Positions 9,501 through 16,063 of a stretch of DNA of 32,000 nt are shown here, piece after piece. The notes below the pieces were generated by a model. That model did no database searches. It was not told the DNA's origin and saw nothing but the letters and a program-made list of their open reading frames with translations. Where the stretch lies: the NCBI GenBank assembly GCA_965250005.1, contig OZ252279.1, positions 1,800,001 through 1,832,000 of the forward strand, read 5' to 3'. Both the position numbers and the translations under genes were made by a program. Source of the stretch: Demequinaceae bacterium (lineage in GTDB: Bacteria; Actinomycetota; Actinomycetes; Actinomycetales; Demequinaceae). The first letter of the stretch is position 1, and the number at the start of each line of letters is the position of its first letter.

Positions 9501-9592
9501 ACTTGTCTCCACACGCGCATGTCGAGGAGAAACTTGGCGGCAAGTGGACCGGGTCAGGCCAGTTGTATCCGTGTGACGTGGCGAGGAGGTAG
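524..9592 (+). CDS. Full-length secreted RHS/YD-repeat polymorphic toxin (WapA/teneurin-like architecture), 3022 aa
   Basis: Single uninterrupted 9-kb ORF with GTG start and an SD site. N-terminal signal-peptide-like segment. Cadherin-like and FG-GAP repeats. Dozens of YD repeats (Y.YD..GR/N). Core end motif RARWYDPTTARFLSADPWHGNPANPISLNRYLYANADPVNMHDPTGM, followed by a non-repetitive ~190-aa tail. Confidence 0.93.
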   Translation: MQVRSLIVGAVVVALSASMAQPASAFEAVVAPVPAAQFSSETPAPAPDCQLYPLALSTEVLAEAEVGINFLRVPLGNGTGNFSFLSWAGVNDADVFAAAIAADGGAAGYVNPEDPADSQLDLGDWVQGLPGVKNSSGVRANLDALIGAEIAVPTWSELRGEGDELDYSVDGFARIKLLSYKLSGKGWISFEYVGDTQCYIEPETNQLPLAEAQALDTDSETPILIVLEGSDADGDAITFDLASQPANGALWGTAPQLTYVSDADYIGPDSFEFTVNDGSDDSQLATVSIDVARPNDAPVITSTPSLSGQLGDPYDYAVAAVDPDGDALAYTLATTEPGLTVDPATGLVSGLPQSSAWLEAVGGPDPACKSFDRSVSELNMELGWHWRSPINGLSSTVMGTPVVARIVDINGDGVVDELDPPTVVFAAFLRTWSDGAYVVAVNGETGATLWISSRRRVSGFSSPAVGDIDGDGRLDIVYVGAHDRTELVAFDHTGALKWIAPTGPVSPHLPLRNAWDWVSLADLDADGDVEVVHGNRVFDGAGNLLWIGADTTGGHSAGGVGSIVADLDQDGFQEVIAGRTVYTHDGQIKSTNPDLPEFAFNAIGDFDGDGDPEIVVNGTGGSSGIFLVDHEMNVIWGPVEHPGASSRVGGPPTVADFDGDGHIDIGIAGESRYATFDRNGDVVWSQIIQDYSSAVTGSSVFDFDGDGRASVVFADEYHLYVLDGPTGVPEATFSNRSGTAHEFPIVVDSTGDGLANIIVPATQTRLSVGGVRMYQSADLSWMPTRSIWNQHAYSIGNVNDDGTIPAHPEPSWQTHNTFRLNSQPDRTAYGLSDISLGGLSLTGGPTYHTLNVTVESRGLADYPGQSSVEFFAVDAAGVEVSLGEVAVPELVRGSSHVAHLVGVNAADVEGKVVKAVLREPAGMTQCDNSNDWAAAQAVTVTAEDPFGLADSQIYLLKLHGANTAPTISSAAVQAVEARTLYEYPVVATDADRGDSIHYTLLDSPTGMWINGVTGQIVWKTGDEGVGDHLVTVQVEDIAGAIDVQTFTLTVGPSLNPQLPPSIVSDAPTRATVNGEYRYQVQAPSPDGLPVEFSLAVRPVGMTIDSVTGEIVWTPSAFQSGEAFVVVRAIDSNLHFDLQEFVLIIASSDTNEAPHITSATGDFVLAGEVFSYQAQAVDFDGDTVAFAVQGAPAGLAINATTGLVTWNTAGVTSAQYSFTLVASDARGGIDYQVVTVSVNSGANVAPEATSTPNTIVGLGETWTYTFAAIDGDADVLTYSVEEGPTGLTIDAVTGEALWDASGAQPGEHPVALQATDGRGGFATQTFILQLGDLTENFPPTIASMPAVSLIVGSEWQYTVLASDTDGDAVTVIVTEGPVGMAVEGANTVTWTPGETDAGAHTVTIEAHDGLGGVARQFFTVYVAPVGISIDLAPPTISVGSVYVEPGTLVQLPVSASDASSILSLFLTVDGIPIDISAAGIAEFVAGEAGAYPMVVSATDGAFNSAVVSTWMIVGGVADGVAPEAFFGGPETGEELRTATSLVGTANDANLLRWELTATPVSPAGSASIIIGSGTDPVVDGELGVFDPSALAGGEWYLQLEVFDQGGLISTIGYVVSSVNEAKYGLFSMTFTDAVVPVAGMPITIQRTYNSGASTRPGDFGFGWDLSLQTLMLETDYAPGVGWDRENQGTILPNWVLLPATSHTVTILDGASESIVFDFTPRFLDPVFDGRYVSAEWTERTSTGATLTPLDSTELFQNDGRLLSLDNLETFVPEGYRVTMADGREFTFSLEDGLTNVRDANGNTLTISDSGITSSAGASIALARDPQGRITSVTTPGGLVTQYRYDGAGDLVAVTDPEGYVTNYAYNSKHYLTGIIDPLGRVPARNEYDEDGRLVAIVDAQGNRIEINADPDARTQTVTDRLGNVTVQTFDAGGYLIGQVFADGTTESYANDALGNRTSRTDGLGNTWTATYDASQNRTSVTDPLGNTKTWTYDASNRLISATDALGRTTAVTYDARGNATTVTYPDGTQVTFTYDAAGNPLTETDESGRVTTNGYDATGRMTSTTSPGGSVTSYTYDADGRVSTVTDAEGGVTARTYDGRGLITGSTDALGALSQSGFDALGQRTSYVDAVGGTSSMAYDELGRMTSRTSPTADVSTYVYDAEGRMVGSTSPDGVVRTTAYDVLGRVLNSKVDGVTVSSRTYDAAGRVVTATNATGATTTYTYDAAGRSVGATYADGTATATVFDAAGQVLSMTSTAGTVSYAYDSRGRATSVTATDGAVTGYSYDAAGRVLTQTAPDGAVTTFTYDADGRMASASDPLGNTAQVSYDGNGQRVSVVDPLGRTRVWTLDAVGRLLTYSVAGQSQLTQIFDAAGRLTSRTLGDGTITAYTYDAAGRLTVIDYADRVDATFTYTDAGRRATVTDQRGTTSYGYDSQGRLTSVASPEGNIGYGYDAASRLTSITTAAGTTSYTRDALGRISGVTDPDGGVYLIARDSAGRVSAVTYPNGVTESFTRDDAGRAMAVTVTDALGTVLASHTATRDVAGRITALDDVFDAGVGAANVSRAFGYDAAGRLTQVISDATGSSSTVDYTLDGLGNRASTSTDGTVVASTVNDLDQLTSQGSNAFTYDDASRLTSATGPGGASTYAWSSQGELLNAATPAGTINYVYDTDGNVTTRTETGVAVDFVYDTVSGLPRAVSASDGTWWIYADGMILAQHTATGPTTPGTTAYLHSDVRGDVRTATNTAGTITDTFTWTVDGQQTTRTGTTTVTVGWRSETVDTTTGLIWLRARWYDPTTARFLSADPWHGNPANPISLNRYLYANADPVNMHDPTGMFTTTEQTSAVIPTQGVLYGIRGMSVTRARAIVQAVVDSLAASITLAWSAYAVFGIDDPAAGEDVDRSGSRDEPLPDIEIFERDSNDPELQPAADGAGAQKPPKNCMPRSTPTGVDELVEDAAEWLGAGARVITNAAGDKIFLSADGLRRIRFDINRPSPHLSPHAHVEEKLGGKWTGSGQLYPCDVARR
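1130..1585 (+). other. Two cadherin-like / Ig-like domains in the N-terminal region
   Basis: The patterns ...GSDADGDAITFDLASQPANGAL...YVSDADYIGPDSFEFTVNDGSDDS..NDAP and VITSTP..YDYAVAAVDPDGDALAYTL...PGLTVDPATGLVSG are typical of bacterial cadherin-like / putative Ig (dystroglycan-type) domains. Confidence 0.55.
1680..2960 (+). other. Eight FG-GAP/VCBS-type repeats (probable beta-propeller)
   Basis: Eight regularly spaced Ca-binding-like motifs: DINGDGVVDE, GDIDGDGRLDIV, ADLDADGDVEVV, ADLDQDGFQEVI, GDFDGDGDPEIV, ADFDGDGHIDIG, FDFDGDGRASVV, VDSTGDGLANII. Confidence 0.75.
3408..4790 (+). repeat. Five tandem ~95-aa cadherin-like (putative Ig / dystroglycan-type) domain repeats
   Basis: Five units begin NTAPTISS, LPPSIVSD, NEAPHITS, NVAPEATS and NFPPTIAS. 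Each contains Y.Y.V.A.D.DGD..(Y/F).. ..P.G(M/L).I(D/N)..TG...W followed by ..D..GG...Q.F.L.V. Confidence 0.7.
5385..9022 (+). other. YD-repeat shell and RHS core of the main gene
   Basis: Starts near YGLFSMTFTDAVVPVAGMPITIQRTYNS. Continuous YD repeats run to the DPxGM motif at 9008-9022. Confidence 0.9.
5984..9022 (+). repeat. ~3.0-kb direct repeat shared with orphan cassette 2 (16097-19135)
   Basis: The coordinate offset is +10113 at both ends (gcccgcgac at 5984 vs 16097; gacccgaca at 9008 vs 19121), so there is no net indel. Long near-identical stretches are visible, e.g. ~6040-6440 vs ~16150-16550. Confidence 0.9.
9023..9589 (+). other. Variable C-terminal toxin region CT-0 (linker plus ~84-aa tip)
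   Basis: Non-repetitive sequence after DPTGM. The first ~105 aa are shared with cassette 4. The tip is unique: ...GDKIFLSADGLRRIRFDINRPSPHLSPHAHVEEKLGGKW... Confidence 0.7.
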
Positions 9593-9597
9593 TTGGG

Positions 9598-9792
9598 ATG
9601 CAGATTCAAGATGAGGGCGGCAAGATCATCGCAACGTACGCCTGCCTGCAGTTGACAGTCCCCGAAGCGGAAGAACTCCGCGACAAGATCGAGTTGCTCC
9701 TCGATGATCAGAGTGCGGATCGACACGAACACGTCTCGAGCGCCGACTTCCAGACAGAGATAACCGTGTGGCTCGATCGCGGCGAGGCCTGA
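9598..9792 (+). CDS. Putative cognate immunity protein for CT-0 (64 aa, acidic)
   Basis: ATG lies 5 nt after the rhs stop codon. GAGGAGG (9583-9589) sits 8 nt upstream. Its position is typical of Rhs immunity genes. No recognisable family. Confidence 0.55.
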   Translation: MQIQDEGGKIIATYACLQLTVPEAEELRDKIELLLDDQSADRHEHVSSADFQTEITVWLDRGEA

Positions 9793-10237
9793 CCGAGGGC
9801 AAGTCAGGTAGCGGATTCGTAAGCCGGACGGTTCATCCAGTCGACGTGACGGAACTGCGACGGCTAGCGATCAGCGGCCGCACCAAACGAGTTCCTCGTG
9901 ATTCTGGACTTTGGCGGGAGTGACCTTTGGGCGTTTGTCTCCGCTCCGTCCACCGTAGGCCGCGAACGGCTTCCGGTGCTCTGCATCTCCGGGGGAAGCC
10001 CGGCGGAGACTACGGAGTTCTGGATTTCCGGGATGAAGGAATCGAGCCCCGGACGCCCCGGGGATTTCGCGGAGCCAGCGTTTTTGATTCTCGAGCTTGC
10101 GTTACTCGCTGACGGTGCAAAACTGGAGTAGGCGGCGCCCCACGGGGTGACACCGCAAGGTGTGCCTCCGTGCCCCAGTTCAATGCGGACCGCCTGCGCA
10201 CCGCGTATGTGAATTCCGCGGGGGCGGCACCTCCTCA

Positions 10238-10534
<297 letters not shown>

Positions 10535-10552
10535 TGTATCGCCCCGGGTTTG

Positions 10553-11470
10553 TTAGAGACTCGTGAATGCCCGCTCCGGGTTCGGCGCGGGGTTGTTCTG
10601 TGAAGCGTAGTGGGCTTGCTCGTATTCGACTGGTGGGACGTGTCCAATCTCGCCGTGGAGGCGTCGGTGGTTGAACCAGTCGATATATTCGACGACCGCG
10701 ATCTCGAGGTCGGTGATGGATCTCCAGGGCCCCCGGTTTCGGACCAGCTCGGCTTTGAATAGCGAGTTGAAGGCTTCCGCGAGGGCGTTGTCGTAGGAGT
10801 CGCCGCGGGAACCGACGGAAGCGACGACACCCGCCTCGCAGAGGCGTTGCGTGTAGCGGATAGCTCGATATTGAACGCCCCTGTCACTGTGATGAATCAG
10901 AGCAGTCACGTCTCGCCCGTCACGATGCCGCGACCACAACCTCATCTCTAAGGCATCCAAAGCCAGGTCGGTGCGTAGCGACGTAGACAGTTGCCAGCCG
11001 ACGACCCGTCGGGAGCACACATCGATCACGAACGCTGCGTAAGCCCAGCCACTGAAGGTGCGAATGTAGGTGATGTCCGCGACCCACAACTGGTCAGGAC
11101 GTTCGGCCCTGAACTGGCGATCCACGAGGTCCAAGGGACGTTCCGTTTCGCCCCCAGGGATCGTCGTGCGAGGAGACTTCACCCGGGCAATGCCTCGTAA
11201 ACCCTCCCGACGCATGAGACGTTCTACGGTGCACCGAGCAACCCGGTGACCTCGCCGAACCAGTTCACCATGGACTTTCCGTACCCCATAGACACCGTAG
11301 TTCTCGGCATGGATTTCACGGATCAAGACGAGAAGACCCGCGTCCCGGACGGCTCTGACCGACGGCGGCCGCGACCGGGCCGCATAGTACGTCGCTGGGG
11401 CGATCGGCAACTGTGCACAGATCGGCTCGACCCCGAAGACATCCTTGTTCTCGTCAATGTAGGTGATCAT
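10553..11470 (-). CDS. IS3-family transposase OrfB (DDE integrase core)
   Basis: 305 aa with the DDE triad context WVADITYI ... HSDRGVQY ... DNALAEAFN. It lies in the -1 frame relative to orfA, with an ATGA start/stop overlap. Confidence 0.9.
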   Translation of the reverse strand: MITYIDENKDVFGVEPICAQLPIAPATYYAARSRPPSVRAVRDAGLLVLIREIHAENYGVYGVRKVHGELVRRGHRVARCTVERLMRREGLRGIARVKSPRTTIPGGETERPLDLVDRQFRAERPDQLWVADITYIRTFSGWAYAAFVIDVCSRRVVGWQLSTSLRTDLALDALEMRLWSRHRDGRDVTALIHHSDRGVQYRAIRYTQRLCEAGVVASVGSRGDSYDNALAEAFNSLFKAELVRNRGPWRSITDLEIAVVEYIDWFNHRRLHGEIGHVPPVEYEQAHYASQNNPAPNPERAFTSL

Positions 11471-11787
11471 CGTGTCGGTGGGCGGTCGAGCTCCGCCGCG
11501 AAGAAAGCCGAAGCACTCTTCAAGATCGCATTCGCTCGACGTAACTCTCGAACCTCACGCTCCAACACCGCGATCCTCGACGCATCATCGGTCGTGGTCC
11601 CCGGACGATGCCCCCCATCCACCTCCGCGCGCCTCACCCACGTCCGCAACGACTCCCGATGGATCCCCAACTGGTCAGCAATCCTCGCCATCGACCCCCG
11701 GCTCGTCGCCGGGTCCCGTCTCGCATCAAGCGCCAACCGTGTCGCCCGCTCCCTAAGTTCCGGCGAATACTTCCTCGGTGCTCCCAT
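11467..11787 (-). CDS. IS3-family transposase OrfA (helix-turn-helix)
   Basis: MGAPRKYSPELRERATRLALDARRD...IADQLGIHRESLRTWVRRAE... plus a leucine-zipper-like tail (REVRELRRANAILKSASAFFAAELD). The ATG at 11787 has a GGATGAGGA SD site. The longer track ORF reaching 11844 is probably an over-extension. Confidence 0.8.
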   Translation of the reverse strand: MGAPRKYSPELRERATRLALDARRDPATSRGSMARIADQLGIHRESLRTWVRRAEVDGGHRPGTTTDDASRIAVLEREVRELRRANAILKSASAFFAAELDRPPTR

Positions 11788-11839
11788 AGTCCTCATCCTT
11801 CCCTGCAATGAAAGCCTCCACCAAACCCGGGGCGATACA

Positions 11840-13825
11840 TACACCTATGACGCGTCAGGACGGTTGACCGCGATCGATTATGCGGACCGCGCGGATGCAA
11901 CATTCACGTATACGGATGCTGGTCGTCGGGCGACGGTCACAGATCACCGGGGCACCACCACGTACGCGTACGACTTGCAGGGGCGTCTCACATCGGTGGC
12001 CTCCCCTGAGGGCAGTGTTGGTTACGGATATGACGCCGCCAGCCGGTTGACGTCGTTGACGACCGCCGCGGGCACCACGGCGTATGTGCGCGACGCTCTG
12101 GGACGTATCAGCCAAGTCACCGACCCTGACGGCGGCATCTATGCGATTGCTCGAGATTCTGCGGGCCGAGTCAGTGCGCTCACGTATCCCAACGGTGTCA
12201 TCGAGACGTTCACGCGGGATGCTGCAGGCAGGGCAATGTCCGTCACCGTCGCGGACGCCCTCGGCACCGTGTTGGCCTCCCACACCGCACAACGGGACGT
12301 AGCAGGCCGCATCACTGTCCTGGATGACGTATTCGACGGTGTGGTCGGTGCAGCAGACGTATCACGAGACTTCGGGTACGACGCAGCGGGTCGCCTGACG
12401 CAAGTCATCTCAAATGCAACCGGCAGCTCATCGACCGTTGACTACACGCTCGATGGTCTAGGCAACCGGGCATCCACATCCACAGACGGCACTGTCGTGG
12501 CGTCCACCGTCAATGATCTGGACCAGCTGACCACCCAGGGCAGCAACGCGTTCACCTATGACGACGCGGGCAGGCTCACCGCGGCCACCGGCCCCGCTGG
12601 CACGTCAACGTTTGCGTGGTCCTCCCAGGGTGAACTGCTGTCTGCGGCCACTCCGGCCGGAACCGTCGACTACGCCTACGACACCGATGGCAACGTCACC
12701 ACCCGCACCGAAACCGGCGTGGCTGTGGACTTCGTGTATGACACCGTCAGCGGCCTACCTCGGGCCGTCAGCGCCTCCGACGGCACCTGGTGGGTGTATG
12801 CGGACGGCATGATCCTGGCCCAACACACCGGAACTGGATCAACGGCACCCGGCACCACGGCCTATCTGCACAGTGACGTGCGCGGTGACGTGCGCACCGC
12901 AACCGACGCAACCGGCACAGTCACCGACACATGGACGTGGACCGTCGACGGGCAGCTGACCGCCCGCACCGGCACCACCACCGTCACCGTCGGTTGGCGC
13001 GGCGAAACCGTAGACACCACCACTGGGCTCATCTGGCTCAGAGCCCGCTGGTACGACCCAACAACAGCCCGCTTCCTATCGGCAGACCCATGGCACGGCA
13101 ACCCCGCCAACCCCATCAGCCTCAACCGGTATGCGTACGCCAACGCCGACCCCGTCAACATGCACGACCCGACGGGGCTGTCAGTAGAGACTGGCGTGGC
13201 CCCGCTCACCGCCGCGGCCGCGACAAACTCGACGCTGCTAGCGATCTCGATCTACGCGGGCGCGATAGTGCTGGCGAACGTGCTTGGCGTTGTTGCCGGT
13301 CGTGGCCTGACTGCGCTACTTGGCGACGGTCAAGGCCCAGTACTCGACCTTGACGGCCCCGACGACGAGCGCAGAATCGAAGGGACCCCTGAGACTCAGC
13401 TCGAGCCCGATGCTTCGCCGTTTACGCAACCAAACCCGGGTTCGTCTTCGGACGGCAAGGTAGCTGTCTATCGTGTATTCGGAGGACCGTCGGGTGTGAA
13501 TGGAAACTCGTGGACGACGGTTAACCCTGTGGCGTTTGAACATGCGAATGGCGAGGGCTCCTTTCGAGAATTCTCAGGGTTGCCGCCGTTCAACACAGGC
13601 GAGAACCTCGTGAGCGGTTTGATCGATGCTGAGTATCTTGCGGGGCTAGGTGGTCGCTATGGCCTACCGTGGGATCAGGAAAACTATTCCGTTCTTGGGG
13701 AGGGAGTCCCTGAAGTGCTGATTCTAGGTGGATGTAGCAACCCCGCACTCACGTGCTCGGCGCCAGTGCGAGTTCATCCGATGTTTCGGATACTTGACCA
13801 GCACTACAACGGCGGCGTGGGGTAG
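11840..13825 (+). pseudogene. Orphan rhs cassette 1, 3' piece with toxin region CT-1
   Basis: Resumes in frame at YTYDASGRLTAIDY (main equivalent 7682, offset +4158). YD repeats run to RYAYANADPVNMHDPTGL (13166-13180), followed by a distinct ~215-aa CT. The track ORF 11246-13825 owes its N-terminus to IS antisense sequence. Confidence 0.85.
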
Positions 13826-13830
13826 GCGCT

Positions 13831-14565
13831 GTGACTGCAGGCACCGAGTTTGCGATTGAGTTTGAGGAGGGGACAGCGCGGCTACCTGATCGAATTGTGA
13901 TCGCGCGCGAACTTCGACTTGGCGAAGTGCCACAGATGGTGGCGAGCCAACTGGGAACAGCGTTTGAAGTCCGGGACCCGGGTGCCGCGGGATACCCCGC
14001 CGGCAGGCAATTTGTCGTCTTGCGCGCCGATCCCCGTCGAGCGCAGCCGCTGGGTAGCCACCGCAACGTCGAATACTGCCGGGCGGACTTCTTCAATTCA
14101 GACGACGCCGCGGTCGGCGGGGCAGTCCAAGCGGGAATAGCCAACGTGTTGGTTCGATCGCTTGCTGCGTTCCCGTACCTGAGCGAAGGGTTTCCTTGTA
14201 GCGATGCTGGCACGCCTAGTCTCGAGACGAGCCTGCGGCTCAAGGTGGACTGGTGGGAAGAAGTCCGCGGACCGGAAATTGTAGGCGTCGTCCCCGCCTT
14301 GGACCGGCCGGCGCCTGCTTGGCTCAAGGGCTTTGGCGGTCAAGTGGTGAGCCTCGATGCGCCGGTGTCCTGGACCCCTACTGCGGGTATGAACATGAAC
14401 GGGGTTGCGTCGCTCGAGGTTTCGACCGCCCTCGTACACCGCGCCCTCGGCGGCGCGACTGACAATGGCGCACACCTATACGTGAGCCCGTTCTGGGACG
14501 GTGAACTGCATCGCGCGACGATTAGCACGGTCTTCTCTGCGAGTTCCGCGTCCGCAGTGGGCTAG
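13831..14565 (+). CDS. Putative immunity protein for CT-1 (244 aa)
   Basis: GTG lies 5 nt after the cassette 1 stop codon, on the same strand. No recognisable family. The assignment is positional only. Confidence 0.5.
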   Translation: MTAGTEFAIEFEEGTARLPDRIVIARELRLGEVPQMVASQLGTAFEVRDPGAAGYPAGRQFVVLRADPRRAQPLGSHRNVEYCRADFFNSDDAAVGGAVQAGIANVLVRSLAAFPYLSEGFPCSDAGTPSLETSLRLKVDWWEEVRGPEIVGVVPALDRPAPAWLKGFGGQVVSLDAPVSWTPTAGMNMNGVASLEVSTALVHRALGGATDNGAHLYVSPFWDGELHRATISTVFSASSASAVG

Positions 14566-14730
14566 GCAGTTGAGTTCGACCGCAAGAAAGGACGACTTCG
14601 CGCCGAAGCGCCGTACGTGCATCCCGATTGAAAGGGCAACGGAGCGGGAAGTCGCCCCGAGAAGAGCGGATTCTGGTCCGATTTATGACGGTCGTTCGAT
14701 AATGATCCTTGACGGAGGGAGTGGTATCTG

Positions 14731-14994
14731 GTGGGAGAGTCCGTGAATGAGGTAGATGTTTGGCGTGGCAAGGAGCACTTGGTCGACGCTCTCAATGAGA
14801 TTTATGCCGACTTGACTTCCCCGACTGGCCCGGAGGAGCCATGGGAGAACCCAACTCTCGAAAGCTTCCTAGAGTCATTCATCGCCCAAATGGATAATCT
14901 TGGCGACAGCCGTAAGTACCGGAAGGAGGGCGTTCCTGATAACGCGTGGGAAATCATCGGGGATACGTTCCGGTGGGATCGGTATTACGAGTGA
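14731..14994 (+). CDS. Hypothetical small acidic protein (87 aa), possible orphan immunity gene
   Basis: GTG start with GGAGGGAG 10 nt upstream. Sequence ...EEPWENPTLESFLESFIAQMDNL...W..IGDTFRWDRYYE. The leader resembles the leaders of the cassette 2 and 3 immunity genes. Confidence 0.4.
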   Translation: MGESVNEVDVWRGKEHLVDALNEIYADLTSPTGPEEPWENPTLESFLESFIAQMDNLGDSRKYRKEGVPDNAWEIIGDTFRWDRYYE

Positions 14995-15156
14995 ACCCGG
15001 TCGGTCTGGCGCCTTCCGTGAGCAGGTACCTGCTTTCAAATCATCCCGCCCATTGGAGAAGCCATTATCATGCATGGCGCCTCGAAGGCCCGCGAATCTG
15101 ACCGCACGTCGAGTCCCGCAGGCCGTTGTGTCTCATTAGGGACCAGGCACTGATCT

Positions 15157-16053
15157 GTGGCCTATGAGAATTCGAATAGCGGCGACGTTGGAGTTCTCGA
15201 TACCGTTGTGAACATGGCCGATACGGATGATGATGGCGAGACCGCGTGGCGAGCACGCATCGAGAGGGTGTTCGCGCTGTCCCCCGAGTATCGGCGGGTT
15301 CTTGAATCTGGACTGCCGGAGATCCCGGGAAGTGCACTCGCTCTGGATCGCTCGGCGCTCCCTGTGTATGCGACCGCGACGCTTGCGTGGACAGGTATCG
15401 CATCGGCGCTGGAACACCTCGTCGCCGCCGCTCACTTGTGGGTATCGCTCGGACGCAACACTGCGCCGCGAGCGTTCTACACGCTGTTGAGGCCCGCTCT
15501 CGTTGGCGCCGCGCAAGCGCATTGGTTGCTGTCTCCCGATGATCGCAACACGCGGCTCATGCGGGCTCGATTGCTCACGATCGAAACGCACAAGCGCGAA
15601 CGCCAGTTCTATGAAGGACTACGCGAGCTTGTCCCGCTCGCAGGCAACCCCGGTGAAGCTGGTCTTGAGCTTGAGAGCAAGGTGAATTCCCTCTCCGGCA
15701 GAATCAAAGCGGTGCAGTCTGACCTGCCGGACGAACGGGACAACTCCTCGGTCACGGCGATCGTGGAGAGCCTCTCCAAGGAGATCTACGAATCCCAACC
15801 GGAGATGCGCGTCGGTGTCCTCGCACTGTGGAGGCGATCGAGCGGTGATGCCCACGCGTTGCCATGGACCGCACAGCATCGAGAGGGCTGGAGGGAGCGC
15901 GTTCAACCTCCCAGGAGTGCTGATCCAGCAGACACGAGAAGCGTGCGAGACGAAGCTACGTGCTCGGATGTGGGCCAAATGGTCGCTACTGCGCACCTGC
16001 TAGTCGACGAAGCGCTCACACTGTACAACTCGCGTCGTCGCAAGAGTTCCTAG
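15157..16053 (+). CDS. Hypothetical protein (298 aa; true start uncertain)
   Basis: Long ORF in an rhs-free interval. The 5' part is visibly AT-richer than its surroundings. No motif I can name. Confidence 0.45.
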   Translation: MAYENSNSGDVGVLDTVVNMADTDDDGETAWRARIERVFALSPEYRRVLESGLPEIPGSALALDRSALPVYATATLAWTGIASALEHLVAAAHLWVSLGRNTAPRAFYTLLRPALVGAAQAHWLLSPDDRNTRLMRARLLTIETHKRERQFYEGLRELVPLAGNPGEAGLELESKVNSLSGRIKAVQSDLPDERDNSSVTAIVESLSKEIYESQPEMRVGVLALWRRSSGDAHALPWTAQHREGWRERVQPPRSADPADTRSVRDEATCSDVGQMVATAHLLVDEALTLYNSRRRKSS

Positions 16054-16063
16054 CGCCAACTTC

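Larger units (their letters stand above)
10535..11839 (-). mobile_element. IS3-family insertion sequence (1305 bp) inserted in orphan cassette 1
   Basis: Terminal inverted repeats are TGTATCGCCCCGGGTTTG (10535-10552) and CAAACCCGGGGCGATACA (11822-11839), giving TG..CA ends. A 3-bp direct repeat TAC flanks the element (10532-10534 and 11840-11842). It contains orfA and orfB. Confidence 0.9.

Noticed and set aside
9793-10237. Unassigned 445 bp between the CT-0 partner and cassette 1, including a 77-aa plus ORF (9898-10131) and an open minus frame (..YGGRSGDKRPKVTPAKVQNHEELVWCGR)
   Set aside because: There is no SD site or credible start, no recognisable motif, and similar codon bias on both strands. 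It is probably degraded remnant sequence and is not called as a gene.
11246-11839. N-terminal ~200 aa of the 859-aa track ORF 11246-13825
   Set aside because: This part is the antisense of the IS3 transposase genes and its terminal repeat. Genuine rhs sequence only resumes at 11840, after the TAC duplication.
13460-13825. ADP-ribosyltransferase (R-S-E) assignment for the CT-1/2/3 domain, based on YRV ... SWTT ... PEV
   Set aside because: The Arg-to-Ser/Thr spacing (~14 aa) is far shorter than in known R-S-E ARTs, and there is no ExE/QxE pair. The domain is left unassigned.
15021-15034. Perfect 14-bp palindrome agcaggtacctgct after the 87-aa ORF, considered as a terminator or operator
   Set aside because: It has no loop and only a weak T-tract (ttcaaa). 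That is insufficient for a rho-independent terminator call.
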